Below are positions 1 through 13,529 of a stretch of 64,000 nucleotides of DNA, piece after piece. How positions within the stretch are numbered: position 1 is the first letter of the stretch; each line of letters opens with the position of its first letter. A program made the translations under genes and the position numbers. The stretch comes from Trichosphaerium sp. ATCC 40318 (Eukaryota; Protista; Tubulinea): the NCBI GenBank assembly GCA_038496445.1, contig JALMLS010000376.1:434001-498000 (forward strand), written 5' to 3'. Under the pieces are notes generated by a model that worked only from the letters and a program-made list of their open reading frames with translations, did not search any database and was not told the DNA's origin.

Positions 1-1
1 T

Positions 2-256
2 AACTATGTTAATGGTAAATATGAAGGTGAGGTAAAGTTTTGGCATGAAAATGGCGTGCCTAAAAGTCAAATGAAATATGTGAATTCTAAACTTGAAGGA
101 GAGTACAAGTCATGGTATTCAACTGGAAACCCAAGAATATTTTGCAATTATGTAAAAGGAGAACTAAAGGGAGTTTATAGGGAGTGGAAGCTCAATGGCC
201 AGTTAATCAAGCAGTATAATGCTTCTCAAGTAAACAATACCTGTACAATATCTTGA
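2..256 (+). CDS. MORN-variant (MORN_2/YwqK-like) repeat protein, 3' part (5' truncated by window)
   Basis: Open frame from base 2: NYVNGKYEGEVKFWHENGVPKSQMKYVNSKLEGEYKSWYSTGNPR..., with repeated YxNGxxEGxxxxWxxNG units. Confidence 0.85.
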   Translation, partial: NYVNGKYEGEVKFWHENGVPKSQMKYVNSKLEGEYKSWYSTGNPRIFCNYVKGELKGVYREWKLNGQLIKQYNASQVNNTCTIS

Positions 257-477
257 GAGACATACAACATCACAATAAAAAAACTTTTTATAGACATTTG
301 CATTCTGGTACTTTAAGTGTTCCAATAATCTATGTTCTGTGTCATATTCAATCGTTACTAAAGGTTTACTTATGTTTTGGCCTTTCAGTTACGATGAAAG
401 TGTAGCGATGCACTGCACAAAAACCGTACTATTTACAATCGCAAACAAAGCTATAAATTGAAGAACTAAATATCACT

Positions 478-2505
478 CTATAAAACTACTTTATTGTGTC
501 TACGATTGGTCTCTGTTTGTACTTGTGACTGGCGTGCATTGACAAAAACAGCATACCATGTCCAAACCATCATTGAACTCAATGCAATAATGAGTGTAGC
601 AGTAATATACGTGACAACAGAACCAGCAAAACCACCACCGAATCCTTGAAAACACCTGTACATATCATAACATACAATCAAACATGTAAAAACAGTCGCT
701 AAAAAAAATAGGTTTAGTGTCGCTTGAAATCACGTGGGCTTTAAAAAAAATACATGAGACGTACATGTAAAAAGTACATTGTATGTACTATCTCTTATCT
801 TATTCTTGGATGCTTCTGACTGAGCAATGTAGAACAAAAGCATGAACAGACCATAAAACATATACGATATTGTAGGGATTGTTTGCGCTATCGCTTTGAA
901 CTCCTCATACCTATTTTCTCTTAGTTAACAGCTTTGATTAATACACAAACAAAAGCCTAATCGCGTACAATTCAAGGGAGCCACCTCCAAAGACGTTCAT
1001 ACGATAAGCAATGACAATAAGGAACGTGCCAAGACATCCGTAAAGAAAGTACTTTTTTATGTCACCCATGTTCTTAGTAACATGCAGTATTGACCATATA
1101 GCAGTTCCAGCGTATATTATATGTCCAATTTGATCAGCTGAGATTGATCCTTGTCTAACAATGTCGGGGTTGTGATGAAGAGAAACCCTAAAGTCGTAAT
1201 CTGACATATACGATAAAATATCAACAACCATCCAGTCCAGTATTGCTATTGTAAAAGTAGATATAGAAGCTACCATCAATGCTATCTCTTGTCTTGATTG
1301 AGTTTGTTTGCTGATGAATGAGCTCTGCGTTGCTAAAACCACCAGGGTTGCTGCAATCAGGCAGGAAGTAAGTCTGAAAACAACCCAACTTAGTCCCCAT
1401 AGAAAGCCACTTTTCTCATTCTCTAGCCATAAGCTGGCGTACAAAATAATAGTAAAAAATACCACAAACAAAGCATAAACGTTCGTTATTAGCGTTAGCA
1501 TAGCGTTATCAATCAAAGGACTTGGTTTACGTTCCCTACATTAAAGCAAAGAAATAAGAAAAAAATAGGATTTAAACAGTGACAAAAAAAATCAACAAAC
1601 TTCATTACCTCGATACGCCCTGAGGTTTCCATAATATCCTAGACTTCCAAATAAACCATGATAATTGACCAGCAACTACAGTATGTTGACCAAGCATAAA
1701 TCCAGTTGACATCTTGCCATCGCCATCAAAAGCCTCAACACCAAAAAAGCATAGAGGAATGAACATCAGAAAGGCATTTGAGGCTAACAAGAAACTTTCA
1801 AACCATAATCCGCCGACAAAAGGTTCCCATGAAGTTTGTAAAGGTAGCAGATTGATTAAAACAAAGGGTAATATACAAGAGAAGAAGAAATAAACCATTC
1901 CTCCCAAGTAAGCAAAAAAATTATAAAATATCAAGAAACACAAGTCTACGAACATTACTACTATTGATCCTTCTCCAAATACATTAGATATAAATAACCT
2001 ACCACCTGCTAGACTTGCTTGTGTTAAATTAATAAAAGTGCCAATCTGAATAAGCGCGAAAATGCCGATAGACCACTTAATCGTATTATCTAAAATATAA
2101 CAAATTACATGCTCCCATGGAGGCCTTTGAGGTTTCCAATACTTTGGCTGCCATATATTAGGTTCACCTGACGCTATAAACAAGTTAAAGTCAAGATACG
2201 TTCACCTCAAGGCACATTCTGTTCGGTTTTTTTTTGTTTTTTTTTTGGGTACCTTTTCGTTGTTTGTCTGTTTTGAAGCGTCCTTTCTTTTCCTTCCAGT
2301 CAACCTTATCTTGTAATAACTTTTCGTAATTTTCTTTAGATAACTTTGTAAGCGCCAAAGTAAGTTTTTTAACAAGACCAGACAAGATAGCGTTCCCTCC
2401 ATAGTAAATAACAGCAAAAATGGGTATACTCCATAGTTGGATGTACAAACCACTCCAAAAGCGATCTATAAGCGCTTGAAGCTCTTCTGGTGTAAAAGAT
2501 GACAT
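478..2505 (-). CDS. Multi-exon multi-pass membrane protein, unknown function
   Basis: Consecutive minus-strand ORFs (2191-2505, 1605-2183, 938-1516, 478-681) rich in hydrophobic helices and separated by short GT-AG introns; no recognised family motif. Confidence 0.6.
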
Positions 2506-3594
2506 TTTGAAGCGATGTTGCTTGTACTGTTTCGCTTTACGAGGTATGAAATTTCAAAGTTTTTCAATTTCGCAATGAACTTTGTGTTGCCACGTAAATC
2601 TGTGTTTGTAGTCAACCAACCGTATTTTAGGTAAGCCCTAGTACACTAATACGACGTTTTGAAATTGTGTTTGTCAATACTTGACACGTGCGCAAAAGGA
2701 AAAAAGGAAAGTTTGGTTTCAGTTCCGAACTAAAACGTCGCGGAGAACGAAATTCAGAGATAATATGGTCGCAATGGTAATATCGATGACGTTTTGCCAA
2801 CGTGGCAAAATGCTACAAAATGTGAACTTCGTAATCCTGTAATAACCCGTGGAGAAATTGATAAAGAACAGTATTGATGCCGCCTAGTGATCCTTTAGCG
2901 ACCTAGCTTTGTATATAGTGGAGTGAAACAGCATAAGACTCATGCTCCATAACGGAACTACTTGTCTGTTTCGAAATACGGATATACCTTACCGGACGCT
3001 ATAGATATCTTACAAAGGCTCAGATACCACTCATAGGCCGGTTATTTGTAGGTTTAGTTATTGCATAAAGCGGAAATCGGAAGATAATTAAATTCTCCTA
3101 AAAAACATACGATTTCATAGTGCAATTACAGCGTACTTCTCTTTATAAACCTCCGAATATGGGCTTCAATTTGAATGAACTAAAGTTTCTTAGTGGTATC
3201 AAACCCAATAAGGAATATTCTACGTAGTACCCGGAACCTAGTGTAGTAAATAAGTGTACTCTGTAAAAGGGTATCTAGAACTTTTAATAACTGAGCACCA
3301 AACGTTTTTTTACCTTTACTTACTAAATACGTCATGCGAGGAGAAACTCTCTACAAATGAAGACAATGGAGAAATATTTACTCCATCTACCCCTCACGTG
3401 ATATGTTTTTACTGTAAGAGGCAATGTAGAATTAGGGAAATTAACAGTAAGTTTAACAGTGGTGCTGAGAAAAAAAGAATCGTATAAACTTAGTACGATT
3501 TTGAAGCGTCACTTAAGTATCGTTTCTTAAATAGACCTTTTTTATACCATTCAAACCAGTCTCTCACAAGCGTTACAACAACCTTACAATCCTC

Positions 3595-5399
3595 ATGACA
3601 TCATTTTCTTCTTCGACTATCTCGTTTAGGGTAAGCAATTCAACAAAAGTTTTTGTAGTTTTGCCCAACAAAGTTACAAACGCTAACACTTGACTCGCAG
3701 ACCACCAGACCTTTCGAAACACCGGATGATTTGGCTACAGAGTTTACAAAAACAGCAGGTATGCGAAGAAAGCTTCTTCTATGTATAATTTTGGGTTGTA
3801 GGATCTGCTGCGTGGTACTTTACACCACCTTACAAGTTTTCGGCTGATACAGAAAAAAAAGCCCGAAAGCCACTTATGGACACAATGTGTTTTCCTTTAC
3901 CGACAAAATGGGTTGCTCCTAATAAGAGTGCAGTACCTAGCGTTCGCTCAGTCCTTGACGAACGGATATTTTCTGCTGAATACGCACAAGATAGAAAGTT
4001 CAAAAAAACAGTTGAACATTTACAGCCGGAACTTATTGGGCCTTGTGTTGCACCTACAGCTACACTAGAATGGCAGGCTTATATCTCTTTTGTGACCACG
4101 TATTTATTCATGTTGGACGATGTATCGGAAGTACTACTTGGAGCTGATCACGTACTAGCAGTTGTAGATGTACGTAGAAACGAAAACTGATTTAGGGGTT
4201 TTTTGGATTTTTTTTTTACACAAAAAGTGTTAAATTGCAACCGAAATATTTTCAAATTTCTGACTTTTCTTAATTTGGAAATGTATCTGACTCTTCATAG
4301 GAATCGGATGATAATGTCTCCTTTGACTTTCAAAGGGACTTCGTTGACTATATTATGGAAATTATAGCAGGAAAAACTTCAAAACAGAAGGAGAATTCTG
4401 TAAAATGCGGCAAACGCATCGAATCTATCGTAGAAATGACATACGACCTTGTAAAATGGGCTAAAGAGCTTCTCGACCAAACTCAGCTAGATATAGTAAT
4501 GTCTCGCTTAGAACATTACACCAGAGGCGCAATGGGCGCAAACAAGTCTCTACTATCGGTACAATCCCGAAAAAATTTCGTTTAATCAGACTTTTTGTTC
4601 AAAAACTGCAAAAAACAATTTTCCGGAAAGCAATTTCCTCCTTCAGTGAGTTTTTTTGCATTTTTTTGCTTTTTTTTAAATCTTGCTGTAGGCTTTACAC
4701 AATGGAAAATCAGTTTCTATAGAAGAATATATGCCTTTACGTATGCATGATGTATATGTATTGGCTTGGTTTCGTTGTTCTGAAGGGTGTAAAAACGGAG
4801 CAGGGTCAGAAAGACCTGTACTTAGCGATGAACTATACGCAAGATTACCTACCATAAAAGTCATTGAAGAAATTCTTTGTCTTCATAACGGTTTGGGAAA
4901 TGACTTGCTCAGCTACCCTCGAGAACATAAGAATGGCGTCGCTCTTAACCCTAATATAGTAGCCGTAGTAAGGAAGCAACTACGTGTTGGTATTACTGAG
5001 GCTGTAAACTGGACTCTTCAATACATGGAGCACCTTATGACGGAGGAGAAACGACTCAAACAAAAAGTCCTCAGTTCGAAAGCTATTTCCTTATCTGAAA
5101 AGAAACAATTACAAAGTCACTTTGAAGGCATTGAAATGTTCGACTGTGGTATTACTATGTATCAGCTTATGATACTCCGTTATACTTTTCCCGACTCTGA
5201 GTTCGGTTTCCAAAGAAAAAAATGGAGCCTACAAGAGATAACACGTATGTCACGACTTTCTTTTTTTTCACACCAACTTTTTTTTGCTTTATTTTCAGCC
5301 TCGTAATAATTCTTACTTTTTAATATAGACACAGCTGTGGGCGGTAACTTGGAAGTTGTATTAAACAGCACTAAGGAAATAACAAGACGTGCTGAGTAG
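3595..5399 (+). CDS. Microbial-type class I terpene synthase (multi-exon)
   Basis: Asp-rich motif FMLDDVSE|ESDD, conserved Arg in YMPLRMHD, NSE motif NDLLSYPRE followed by NIVAVV, C-terminal LRY. Start and last exon are approximate. Confidence 0.85.
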
Positions 5400-6427
5400 A
5401 CAAGTTCATAAATAAGCTCCAAAACATTTTTTTTTGTTCCTATTTGTAAAACAAAAAAGTGGAATTCCACTAACCTGAAATTAACTTCAATACCAATAAA
5501 CACATTCAACTTTAATATTCCAGTTTCTTACAATACGGTTAAAGGAGAGAACAATAAATAAAAATGTGAAAGTCTCACTTTTTTTTTTTACATTTCGCTA
5601 CAATAAACTGTCTCGTAATAATAATAGAAATAGCACTAAACTACACTAATACTACATCTATTACATACAAATATGTGCCTTTTGTAATCAAATATGTGTT
5701 GTACTGTACAGGTACTGTGTAGTTAAACTTTTCGGGCTTTTTTTGCCATTGCCGGAATTTGCTCCGGAAGTACTTCCTTAAAGTGGTAGACTATAATTTT
5801 TGCCAACTCACGCCCAAGACACGGTGAGAGTATTTATTGGATATTATTCTGTCTTTTTCATTACTTTCGGAAAGTGTGAAAAAAATGTTTTTAGTCTGAA
5901 AACAAAGTCAATTTGACAATTGTCTTACCTTACTCTTTTTATATAAAGTTTGATATTCCTACTTTTTTAAATATATACACTTCTATTATATTCTAAATAT
6001 CACGATGATTGCTGGTACAACTTTGTGCAAATGGTCAGAAATTGTTGCCTTTTTTTGTAAAATTCTCGGCTAAATGTAAAAACCAGGAATTACAGATCAA
6101 AGCTAAAACCCTTTTTATAAAAACAGATCCACACACAAATATGTAATACTCTTGCTTTTGTCGTGAAGTCTAGCTATAACTTCAAGACGGGTTGTAACGA
6201 GGAAAGGTAAGGAGAAATCTGATATTTATTATCTGTATTTTGGTACACAAAATAATGTTCTCCGGTTTTGAAGGTACCGACGACAACTTGCTTGTACTTT
6301 TTTCGTTTTTTGGGTGGACTAATCTTTTTCGTTTTAGGTTTTCTGACTTTGCAAAGGAGTACAACCGCGTGAATGCCTAGTTTATATGCAAAATAATAGT
6401 TTACTACAGCCTCTAAGATGTCTATTT

Positions 6428-7293
6428 TCACTCAGCGTTGGGCTCATATACGCGCATGTTGACTAAAACTCCATGTTCATTCCAATGATGTAACTCTTTA
6501 ACATTTACATCGTCGTTAAATTCTCCTTGTATCTTCAATTGTCCGTTTGGGTGCCACACGCGGTATTTGCCTACACATATGTAAGTACTACACAATGAAA
6601 CAAACATGTATTATGACCTTGCCGCTTCCCGTTATCAAACTTTGCTTCAATTTTTCTTTTTCCATTTGGATGCCATGTATTATAACTACCATCTTTCTTA
6701 CCATCTTTACGATACACTCTAGATTTCATCTGTCCGTTTTCATACCACAAAGTCTCTTGTCCATGTTCTTGGCCGTTTTTATACTCGGTAGAAGCTTCTT
6801 TAACACCATTATCGTAGAATACTTCAAACAACCCATTGAATTTTCCATTTTTACACATCGCACGTGCGGACAGCTTTCCATTTGGGCTCCATGCTATTTG
6901 CTCACCTTCAGTCTTACCATCTCTCATGTTTTGAATTTCTTCTTTAACGCCAGAAGGGTAGTATCGGGTGACTACGCCCTGCAGTACGTTGTTTTCAAAC
7001 CAAGCTTTAGATTTCACTTTACCATTTTTATGGTACTCTAAGTAGATACCTTGTTTTACGCCTAATTCCATGTTACACGCTTTAATACGTTTCCCAGAGG
7101 TATCCCATTGTATCCATATCCCTCTACGCCTTAATTTATGATCAAAATGAGTAAGTAAGGCTGCTCTCTTTGAAAGTAAGTGCCATGACGTAAAAGCATG
7201 TTTGGAAAGGGAGCATATCTGGATTTGAACTTCACAAGGTAATTGAAGTATTAACGGCGTATCACTCTGACCATCGTCATTGTTTTCACACAT
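6428..7293 (-). CDS. F-box-like plus MORN-variant repeat protein
   Basis: N-terminal LILQLPCEVQIQICSL...WHLLSK (F-box-like), then about 8 repeats like YKNGQEHGQETLWYENGQMK; one intron near 6570-6618. Confidence 0.8.
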
Positions 7294-7433
7294 GGTAATC
7301 TCCAACGTGTTATTGGTTTTAAAAAGTTTGATGTTTATCACATTTTTATGTGCACGTGACTTATCGAATAATAAAAAGTTTCAAAAAAAAACAAGATACA
7401 GCTGAAGTGAGGCAACTCGTTTTATTAGGTACG

Positions 7434-9975
7434 TCAGTTTATTACTATTTTCTCAGTTTTTGACGCTCCAGGTGCTGGTTGACAGTTGTCTCCACAAGGA
7501 GGGAATGGAAGGATGTCAGGTACAATATTTACGAGGGTAGTAGCTAAAAACAGTGTTAGAACGTATTATTGTATAACTGTGTTTGTTTTACCTTTAAAAT
7601 CACTGTATTCAGCAAACAAATCCCAATTGTAGTCGTATGTCCAGATGACTTCAATTAGAAATCCTGTCCAACCTCCTTCAGGTGGAGCATCTTGTGAGGC
7701 TTCCCATACTCCAGGAGAACTCTCTAAGTCGATTTTAGATCAAATATACAAAGTTGTGAATATCCATCTCCGAAAGTGATGCGTGAAGAAAAAAGGGTTA
7801 TGACGCTCAAAGCACGTGCGAAATTTAATGTATTGGACTAATTACAACGCGTTTTATGCGCGTACGTGTGCGTAAAGGTCAAAAAGTTGAAGGAAGAATA
7901 AAAAACGCCTTTTAACGTACCTGATAGTTCTTTGTCATACCAGAAAACTGGGTTTACACAATTTTCAACGTCCTTACAGGTGAGTAATCTGAAGTCTCTT
8001 CTTTCTGTACTCAAAGTTGTTGCATGCCACATGTAAACAGAGGTAGGTTTAGGGTTGCAGTTCTTAACAATAATCTTTGCTGTTGTGTTTGATTTTATGA
8101 GTTCAAAATCAAATGTTGGTCGTGTCTTATTGGCAAGAATAGTCCAGTAAAATGTTTCAATATTTCTACCAACATCCCAGTAATCAGGAGCAAGAGCGTG
8201 CTAGCAAACAAAAGTCAATACAAGAAAAAAATACGAAAGGTATATATTATTCCTTTCAAAGGCTTTTTGGACGACTTACTTCCGTGTTAGGGAGCATGCG
8301 AGCGTATGTCTCTCCTTTAACATCATTAAAGAATACATTAGGTTGATCAGGCGAGAAGAATTCGTCATCAGTGGCGAACAAAAGGTACTACAGAAATAAA
8401 TGAGACTAGTGAAAAGTCTAAAAAACAACTGATTGTGGTGTTTACGCTATTTTACCTTTGGCATGTCAACGAATCTGTCGTTGTATGAGAACGGGTCTAT
8501 TATCGCTGCCATTTCGTTGAATACTGGTTTATTAAGATAGTTCATGATACCCATGTCAAGGTAATCATCCAAAGCGAAAGGCCATTCACTGGAGACAAAT
8601 ATGTGAGTACGTTTTAGGTTTTTTTGGAAGCAAAGAAATATTTTACCCATAAGTTCTCCAAATGTGATTGAAGTTTTCCTGCATTTTTAACACAGGAATG
8701 ACCATTGGTACTATACCTACTACACGCTTGTTGTATTCAACAGCTCCAACAGTCCATGTTGTCCAGCCTTGGATCAGAAAAATAAGTAAACTTAGATTGA
8801 AAACAAAGCTTCCCGCAAAAAAGAACCCTTTGGTGTGCTTTTGACAAAACTCAAGGCGTATTTCTTTCATCTTACCTCGCTTAGAAGCACCAGCTACAAC
8901 AAACTTTTTAACTGGAATAACACCAGGCATACTCGCTGTTACAGTCTAACAACAACAGTTACTCAAAAGAGAGTACAGAAAAACAGTAACAGTATAAACT
9001 ACAATACGTACTTCAATGGTATCCATGGCTCTTACTGCTCCTTTCGTCATAGGCAACCTATTTAACCACTCTGGTTGTGTGGTGTTATTAATAAAATGCC
9101 ACCAAGTGAAAGCGATTTCCTCATCTTCAACTCTACGTTTATGAAGAGGATCTGCTGTGAAATAGAGAGGCTAACAAAAGAGGATAAGAAACAGGGTTTT
9201 TTTAATACTTTGACGAGGTTCGTACTTGGTTAGGGATTTGTTGAAGGTAACCGACAACAGTTTTGGAAGACATGCAAATGGCGTAGGTCAATATATACAT
9301 GTTGGTTGGTGGAGGATCCTATCATTATTGTTTTGTTAGATGGCTTCGTAAATACTATTATTTTTACCGTATTATCTCCGCCGTCAATGTACATGAAGCC
9401 AATATTGGTATCACGTTGCTAGAAAAACATGAGAAAAATTCTTTAGGCACGTGGCTTTTTAGAACCAAACCAAAAAAAAAAATATCGCAAAACAAGGCCC
9501 ATTAAAAATGAGTGTAAAACATTGAGGCCTTTCCATATTTACAACGTCGTAACATATCACGTGATTTTCGCTCTAATTTATCTTCGTACCTTTGTAGGAA
9601 TACAAATAGTCAAGTAATGGAACCATATGTTCTGGTTAACATCATCTTTAGTGAGCCAAGCTTGGCTTGTCATGTTGATTACAACTTGAGTGTAATCTTC
9701 AGTTTTAGTTGTTCTAGATAGTATTAGATCAATTATGGAGTTAGAAAAACAGCGAGAAGAAGAGTTTAAAGCGATACAAAGTGTGAACGTTTTTTTCTTA
9801 TTTTGTTTATCGCTTATTCGCCTTATATTGTAGGTTGCTGTACGTACGAGAGTATTTCGTAGCCGTAGTGAGGATCTGGCTTGTATACATAATCATCAAG
9901 CGCTGTTAACTTGATAGCACCCCAAGCGCAACCTAAAACGCATAGAAGAAGCGCAAATGTAAAGTTTGCCTTCAT
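7434..9975 (-). CDS. AprA / PqaA (PhoPQ-activated pathogenicity-related) family secreted alpha/beta-hydrolase-like protein
   Basis: Signal peptide MKANFTFALLLCVLGCAWG, LDDYVYKPDPHY, FVVAGASKRG|WTTWTVGA, IIDPFSY, DEFFSPD; many introns. Confidence 0.85.
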
Positions 9976-10331
9976 CCTACACAAGAGAAAAGTCAATAGA
10001 CTGTTACAAACATAAACTCATTTTTACGTACCTTGCTTTATCGTGGTGTTAGTTTTTGGATAAAACAGCTAAAACAGAACTTACGAAAAAGGAAGCTAAG
10101 CCACGAAAAGAATGTGAGTTATACGACAATAGACACGCTATTGAATGCCCCTACTAGCTATAATACCTTTTTTACCTGTCAAAGCCTGTCACATTTGCAG
10201 AAATAAACAAATACGGCCGCTAGCTGTACCATCATATTATAATAGTACTATACGGTTCCTATGTAGCTCTGGGGGAGGACTTGTTGTACACTAAGTCACT
10301 CCGATCGTAAGTACGCATTCATTGTATTGTA

Positions 10332-11443
10332 ATGACTTCCTGTGCGTGCTTATCATCTTGCTGGTATTAGTAACGTTAAAATAGTTGCAGAGCCTGTGAA
10401 ACTAAGAGCTGCTATTCGCGCTGGTAAATACGATAAACCTACTTCTGGAGTATGTGCGGGGTATTTACAAGCGAAGTACGAAGCTACAACAAGAAACTTT
10501 GTGTTAATAGTCTACTAAGCATGGTCATTATGCCCAAATCATATGCAGATGACTTTAAACGATTCTGTGCTTTGAACAAAGATCCTTGCCCTCTGATTGC
10601 TACATTAGAACCAGGTTACGTTTAAAAGAGTGTTATCAAGCCTAATGCCACTCAAAGGTAATCCTGAGCCTACGACTCTAGCTCCAGGAGCAGATGTGCG
10701 CACAGACCTCCCAAAGTACCGTATATACGTTGACGGCAAGTTAAAAGAGGAAGTAACGGATATTAAAAAATACTGGCGTGAAGACAGCGTAACGTTTCTT
10801 ATTGGTTGCTCATTTTCATTCGAAAGCAAACTAATGGAACAAGGCGTACCAGTACGCAACATAGAACAGGTACAAGCTTCTATATTTCACCAGAACTGAG
10901 TTCCTTCGAATTAACGGTTTTTTCCAACAGAAATGCAATGTTGCCATGTACAACACGAACATAGACTGTAAGCCGTCAGGACCTTTTAAATGTAAAATGG
11001 TTGTTTCTTACAGACCAGTTCCTGAAGAAAAAGTAAAGACGGCCGAAAAAGTAAGTTAATTGTCACCCAACCATGACATTTTGACGTTTCCTATTCAATG
11101 AAAACATAGTGTCAAACACTTTTTTTTCCTTTAATAACAGTTTATTAAGGTAACAGCAGAATGTGGTGCGGCGCATGGCAAACCAATACATATTGGAGAT
11201 CCTGAGGTGATTGGTATAAAAGATATTAAAAAAGTTGATTTTGGAGACTACGTAAAAATGCACGAAGGCGATAAGCACATGTTCTGGCCTTGCGGCGTTA
11301 CCTCCACGCTTGCCGCTATTTCATCAGGTACGCATGGCTTTCGTTTGTAAATATTGGAGCTAATCTCGTCTTTAGACTGTCCACTGGTGATAACACACGC
11401 ACCAGGACATATGTTCGTCAGCGATGAAAAAGAAATGAGTTAA
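10332..11443 (+). CDS. DUF1445/UPF0317 putative hydro-lyase (D-glutamate cyclase family)
   Basis: [80 protein letters not shown]. Confidence 0.9.
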
Positions 11444-11474
11444 AAAAAATAAAATACAAGTCTCTTTCGAGATT

Positions 11475-13212
11475 TTATTTCAAGTCAGTTACACCTGCTT
11501 TTTTAAGGAACTCTTGTAGTTCCTCTTTAGTGTTATTTACAAATCTTGGGACTCTAGTAACACTTTCTTTCAAATCCACAGTTGAGTACGTAGGCCTATT
11601 AAATTCATGCCAATCCTCGCTATTAAAAAAACAAACAATTTAGTCAAGTAAAAAACGCAATTAAAAAAAGAGTTCGTACTTGCTATAGTCTGGGTTCCAA
11701 GGGCATATTGAGCGCATGAACCTAAAATCTGGGTATACAACATGCGTTTCAGGATGTACACGAGTATAGTGGATAATCTGGCTGTTGTGAATTCTTTTTT
11801 TTGGATCTTTGCTTCCTTTTAATTTATGAAACTTAAGTTGACTTAGGCGTTCAATGCGAACGCGCATAGACCACATAACTTCGCCATGGCATACAATAAG
11901 AACACGTTGATTTTTACACTCTCTTCTCAAAGTGTTAAACGTGTGGTCTAATAAAACAATGAGGCAAAAAACACAAAAAAAAAACAAACAAGAAGAAATT
12001 ATTACCAACACGAACGCAAACTTGCGCTAAAGATTCTCCGTTTGGCGGACGCCAAAAAAACCTAAAAAATTAATAAATATGACAACCACTACCACAGGTA
12101 CGCAAACAAAAATATTGCAAAGAGGAAATCCACGTGGGTTTTAAAAAAAAGATTAATTCCTATTTTTCAAAAAGAAAAAACTTCGTACGCATCTCGTTTT
12201 CTTAGCTTTAAAGCGTCACTGTAGTGCTTACGTCTATCTGCTTTGGACATATTATCAAAATTACCTTTATCCCTTTCACGCAACACAATCTCAGTGTACC
12301 TTTGACAAAGTCAATTAAAAGTACTCTTGGTATAAAGGCTTACCACTCTGCGTTAGGAATATCAAGTAACGATGCTGTTTCCATAGCTCTGAACACAGTA
12401 TTAGAAATGATTTGTGAACTGGATGCTTTTCGGCACAAAAACAGAAAAATCACTGCCTGGCTGTTAATGAAGTACAAGTTGATTTACCTGACGTATTCAG
12501 ATGTATAGCAGCGATCAAAGTTAGCGCCAATGTTTTCTTTAATGTATTTGCCCGCGATCTTCGCCTGAGCAACGCCAATATCTGTGAGGCGATACGAACT
12601 AGATCATTTAACAAGTGCATCAAAGGTTTGGTTTAAACTAGAAGAAAAAAAAGTGTGCCGTTGAGGCGGTATTATAAACGACGTTAATGCTTACCTTGAG
12701 TGTTTATGCTTGAAATCGCTATCACGGAAAGCGCTTTGATCGCCCTCTTCCCCACGTTTTTGTGCTAAAGGACATTGTTAGTTGCAGTACGTATGGGCTA
12801 TTCATACGACTATTCCACCGCATGTAGAGAAAAACTAATTTGTCTACGAAACAGTGGAAAATACGCACCGAGGTTACCCTCACTCTCTCCATGGCGAACT
12901 AATACCAATTCCAACGGCCAAGCAAATGGTTCCGTAGCATTAAAGTTAACAGCAGGTAAATCAACAGACTCTGATAAAGAGCGACCTTTACGTAAGAAGC
13001 TATCTTTAAACAGTTGGCTGTCTATTATAATTTTTTTGGTGTTGATTTAGCTATCTCCGGTATAGTCATGTCTTCAGGGTCGGAAGACTACCGTGGTATT
13101 AGTAACAAGATCCAAAACCAGCCAGTAGCATTTTAAAGTAAAACTAATTATAGAAGAGACGTACGTCTGAGCTACTACTCGCAGTTGTTCGCAGTCCTTT
13201 TGTGTCTGCCAT
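11475..13212 (-). CDS. Histidine phosphatase (phosphoglycerate mutase-like) family protein
   Basis: WPLELVLVRHGESEGNL near 12870-12920, GESLAQVCVR, VLIVCHGEVM; multi-exon. Confidence 0.85.
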
Positions 13213-13529
13213 GGTGGTAATAAGGAAGAGCCTTTAGATCTGTAAACTGCCCAATGAACAACAAAAGGACTACACTTGACTGCGATAAATTCTCATCTTC
13301 TGCTACATCAACGTTCGTTTGTAATAGATTCTCTGTTTGCTTGTTCAATAATCGTTGTAAAAACGAAGAGAACTTGAGACCATGACATCATGTCTATGAT
13401 AGCAGCTAATCGCACCTTCGTCTGCGTGGGAGGTTCTGACGTGTATAAGTAACGTGGTAAGTTGTTCGTAGGTTAAGAATGCTAGTGTTTAAACTAGGTC
13501 TTTCCAAGTCGTTGTCCATGAGAATTAAA

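Noticed and set aside
2791-2812. Short hairpin TTTTGCCA-ACG-TGGCAAAA and scattered TTTTGCCAA motifs
   Set aside because: Too short and AT-rich to distinguish from chance without statistics.
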